This document shows positions 59,940-64,000 of a stretch of 64,000 nucleotides of DNA, one piece after another. The translations under genes were made by a program, and so were the position numbers. Under the pieces are notes generated by a model. That model worked only from the letters and a program-made list of their open reading frames with translations. It was not told the DNA's origin and ran no database searches. This stretch comes from Alloascoidea hylecoeti. Lineage: Eukaryota. Location of the stretch: the NCBI GenBank assembly GCA_001600815.1, contig BCKZ01000005.1, positions 1,179,794 to 1,243,793 on the forward strand, given 5' to 3'. Position 1 is the first letter of the stretch; each line of letters begins with the position of its first letter.

Positions 59940-60613
59940 TTGTTAAATCTTCTTTTGAAATTAATTCATCACCTCCATTGTCAAACTCTTCAATTTTTGG
60001 TTTCAATATATTTAACTCTTCTTGTAGATTTAAAATTGATGATTTTAAATTGTTCGTTGTTGGTGATGCTAAGATTTCACAATGTTCTATAATATTTGAT
60101 TAATATGATATATTAACAATATAATAAATTAAAATGATAACATTTGGATATACTTACTTGTTTTGAGTTCACCAAAAGATAAAGAAATCTCTTTTTCTCT
60201 TTCTTTTAATTTCTCAATTTTATCATTTAATTCTTCAACAGAAGGACAACCATCTAAATTACCTGGCTAAAAACCTTAAATGTTAACAATGATATGATGC
60301 ACCACATCCTCTCATCCCAATCTTACCTGTGTAACAACATAAAACGTTTGTTTACCATAAGTTTTTGAGTGTAGTTTCCCTGCTGAGTGTAATGATTCTA
60401 AAACTTTAACAGACGTTGCTTTATTTATTGTATTATGAAGATTTAAAATTATGTCGGAAACTGAATATGGACGGTTTTGTGTTTTTAAATAATCAAAGAT
60501 TGTATTTTCAGCTATTTTGAAATATTAGTATTAGTATTCATTGGCAAATGTTTAATTGATATATATGTATATATACCTTCAGAAATATCCAATTTTTGTT
60601 TTTTGGGTGCCAT
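59940..60613 (-). CDS. HOP2: Meiotic homologous-pairing protein Hop2/TBPIP (3' end in gap); exons 60613-60577, 60511-60327, 60266-60158, 60086-gap
   Basis: Spliced product MAPKKQKLDISEAENTIFDYLKTQNRPYSVSDIILNLHN...KTYGKQTFY followed by a coiled coil. Three GT-AG introns (65, 60, 71 nt) keep the frame. Confidence 0.88.
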
Positions 60614-60974
60614 TTTTAAATGTCAAATAAAATTTAAAGGGGATGGGAAAAGAAAGGAGGTGAAGTGCAGCTAATTATCTACTACTAATATTAAACCGTT
60701 ATTAGTGAATATTACCCTGTTAGATATCTGGAACCTATATATATTTATTTTGGGTATACAGTTACATTACATAATCACTTATGCCGAATTGTTATAAATA
60801 ATTTGATTTCATTTCTTCCTCACCTCCATCTTCTTCTTTTCTTCTCAATTCTTATATTTGTAGTTTCCGTTTGAAAATCCAGAGCTGTTACTTTGTCACT
60901 TTGAACAACAATCAATAAGTATTTATCCTTTACTATAATTAGACATATACTACAATAATTCTGATCGATATCGA

Positions 60975-61513
60975 TCATGTAAGAAAATATATCGGTGATC
61001 GAAATCTGAATTAAAGAATCAACAGGAGCAGTACCAAAACCACATAATATGGAATTAGCTTGTAAACTACCTATTGTTGTTCCAGTAGCAACAATGGCAT
61101 TTCCGATTATATCAGATATAGATCCCATAAGGTAAACGGGCCTTCTACCGATTTTTAGAGCAATGGGTTGTAAAATTAGGCATCCCACTCCAAAAAATAA
61201 GAAACAAAGGGGCATCCGAAACATTTGAAATATTATAACTAACCTCATAATAATCCTTAATAACATCATAAACCGGCCCAACCCAATTGACTGCAGCTGC
61301 CAATACGAAGTTGTTCCAGGCACAATATATCTTGTTGACGTTAATAATACAAGTACCTCAGATATTGGAGACATTCATGTTAGAAAAGATAAAGACATTA
61401 TCCTTTTTCCTCAACCTTCTAATGATCCAAATGACCCTTTAAACTGGTCAAGAGCTAGGAAGGAGTTTCATTTCGCATTGGTATGGCTCTGGGGGTTCGT
61501 ATTCTTCATTCAT
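60975..61513 (-). pseudogene. Truncated paralog of the MFS gene with an internal inversion (61310-61495)
   Basis: 60975-61309 matches ~55795-56130, 61310-61495 is the inverse of ~56130-56310, and 61496 onward matches the ATG region and promoter. Confidence 0.9.
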
Positions 61514-62399
61514 TAATAATATTTGAATTTGAAAGTTTTCTTGTGATTAGAGCTTAATTGAATATTAATTCTCAATTGAGAACTCAATATATATCAGTAT
61601 TATTTCCTGGGGTATAACTATAGTAATATATGGGTATGGGGAAATGATCAATAATTGGTTTTGACTATAAATTGATGAGTCGTAAGTGTGGTTAAGGATT
61701 ATATTGAAATTCTTGGATATAGCTTTTTATATAAGTTATAACATATATGTGAATATTTAAATTGCATTATTGAAGAGAGTTGCTATCATATATATATAGC
61801 TAATAAAACGTCCACCTCTTTTTATTCGCATGTATCTAGCTAGATAATGAATTATAAGCTCCCTTTAACTAAGCTTAATTAAACTTTATATACACTCATG
61901 TAGATGTTCGTACTAAAATAAAATTAAAGCTTCTCAACAATAGGTTATATTCTACTAATTAGCCATTGACTGTTAATGCTTCTTATCTTTCTATCAATAT
62001 AATCGAACTTCCAGAATCTCGTGTGAAACCGCCTTATGGGGAAACTTCATCAGATGCTTATAATTAGGTATTGACCGATTATAAGTTTTCTACGGTATGA
62101 TGGACCAATTAAAAGTTTAGCAAACACCACCAACTGTAGGCTCTAGGGCCTATATCATTTTAAGAAAAGATAGACTCGTAACATTGAAATTATTGATCGT
62201 TGAAATAATATTCGTCCAAAGCCGACTAAAATTATCAGTCCCCTCACACTAATTTTCGGCCACCTATACTTGTTGATCATATACCGTTATACATATATAT
62301 CGATATTCATATTCACACACAGCACAAATTTTATTCAAAGCTACCACAAATTAATTTAGAGACAGAATATACTGTATGTGGACCCTTTATGGAGAATAC

Positions 62400-62620
62400 T
62401 TAATTCAAGAAGTGGTCGAATACTTACTCGGCCCCTCAATAATTTCATCGAAGGCCTTTTAGGATCCCCAACCACTTTATACTGTGAACCAGGGCCTCCT
62501 TTTTAAATTTTAGTTTATAGCATAAGACATAAAACCCCAAATTTCCTTGTGTTATAAATATTGATATTTTTTTGTTCCAAGGTCTGGTGTCGTCGTAGAA
62601 AACATACCGAACCCGTAGCT
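62400..62620 (-). pseudogene. Kinase N-lobe relic homologous to 44690-44925
   Basis: TKI*KGGPGSQYKVVG...AFDEI. DNA gtcttatg...aaaattt..aaaggaggc...gtataaagt..tggggatc is shared with the 44.7-kb copy. Confidence 0.55.
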
Positions 62621-62944
62621 GGACATAACCATCCCAATCGCCCATCTAATCTATCTTCAGACTGTTTCTCAGTTCTATTGGCTCTCTGCATTAATAAAAG
62701 GCCGTTTACATGGAATTTTCATTATTCATCTGTTTTAGAACGGTTCTGTGAGCCTTTAGAGGGGCTGAAGAGAAAAGCGTCAGTTTGATCTTCATCCAGC
62801 TGTTAATACATATTTTTATCTACCTAGATTCACCAAGATTACGCAGAAATAGGGAGTGAGATAGCTAGCCTTGTTATTTTTCTCATTTGTTATTCCATAT
62901 TATCATTGACAACCACGGAAGACAACCATTTAAGCAGTTGCAAT

Positions 62945-64000
62945 ATGTCCCTACACACAAATCTTAAGTCGAAAGCCGATTCTATGTCCGACGATCTCCC
63001 TTATGAAATATCTGAAATAATCTTCTTAGATTTGCTACTAAAGACTTTACTTAATTGTAGAAGTGTATCTAAAGCATGGAAACAAATAGCTGAAAATGAT
63101 ATGATAATGTATGGAAATCAAAGTTTCAAGAACAAAAATATTGGAAATATTATAATGATGATTCGGAAACAGATTCTTGATATGAATTGTATAAAGAACG
63201 TTCTCTTTTAGATTTGAATTGGAAAAATAATAAATTTACACGACATATATTAAAGGGTCATTCTAGCAAAACACTTTGTGTGAAATTTTATAAAAACTGG
63301 ATTATAACTGGTTCAAATGATTGGACAATAAGAATTTGGGATATTGAAACTTTTCAATGTTTAAGAGTTATAGGTGAACCAGATTTTGTGCTTTTATAAC
63401 AATTTGGTATATCAGATCTTTAGTTTCTAAACCAAGAAGTATCAACAGAGGAAATTGAGGATTTAATAGAAAATATCGATATCAACTTTCATCTGAGTGC
63501 TGTCGCATCTATCGATATTAATGATATATTTGATACTTCTTGTATGATTTGGAAACTACCAGATTCCAAACTAACAGATCGTCTGATGGCACCAACAGAA
63601 CCTGGTTATAGTTCTCATGCTAAAGTCGCTTTATCTAATGACTATATTGCGTGTTCTACCCATGATTCTATTGCGGTTTGGAAGACAAGTCTTGATAATT
63701 TAGAACATCAACTACAGGTTTATTTTAAATTCCGTTTTGGATTTGGTGATATTTGTGTTCATAATGGTATCATATACACTAAAGATGCAACCTGGAATTA
63801 TGAAAGTGTAATAAGTTCCTGGAATATTAAAACAGGTCGAATAAATATAATCGAATGAGATGCTTTACAGTAAGTGATCGATACTTAATAGTTACTGTTT
63901 ATGGCAAACTAACAGTTCGGGATTTACAATCAAATAAATTAATAAAGACTTTATCACATGACGCATATCCAGGAATTGGATTATATGTAGTCAATAACAA
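62945..64000 (+). pseudogene. F-box/WD40 pseudogene E (runs off the window)
   Basis: Nearly identical to copy C from ~63003 onward, with the same frameshift and stops. Its N-terminus MSLHTNL resembles copy B. Confidence 0.9.

Overview
AT-rich eukaryotic DNA, most likely a budding yeast (Saccharomycotina) with short spliceosomal introns. The taxonomic call is an inference from MNN10/KTR/MPD1/NAM8-type genes, Reb1-type CCGGGTAA promoter sites and TACTAAC branch points. Core genes are MPD1, MRPL44 (spliced), RRP36, a ZZ/EF-hand protein, SAH1, NAM8-like, MLS1, ADO1, a KTR mannosyltransferase, MNN10, an MFS transporter and HOP2 (spliced, mostly missed by the ORF track, runs into a gap). Between them are locally duplicated accessory genes: an inverted pair of AIF/AMID-like oxidoreductases, a tandem FMO pair, three secreted aspartic proteases with three relics, and an MFS pseudogene with a micro-inversion. 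Mobile DNA includes a fold-back Ty3/gypsy 3' fragment with a 375-bp LTR, a probable LINE 3' relic and two MITE-like hairpins. The most unusual signal is that many intergenic spacers appear to hold decayed protein-kinase genes (HSGN/DLG/YIEPQ-type motifs, TKL-like) and five F-box/WD40 pseudogenes, often next to short TGGCCGAA repeat arrays. This suggests a dead, once-mobile kinase + F-box cargo family unusual for a yeast. The kinase calls were made by eye across stops and frameshifts and need profile searches.
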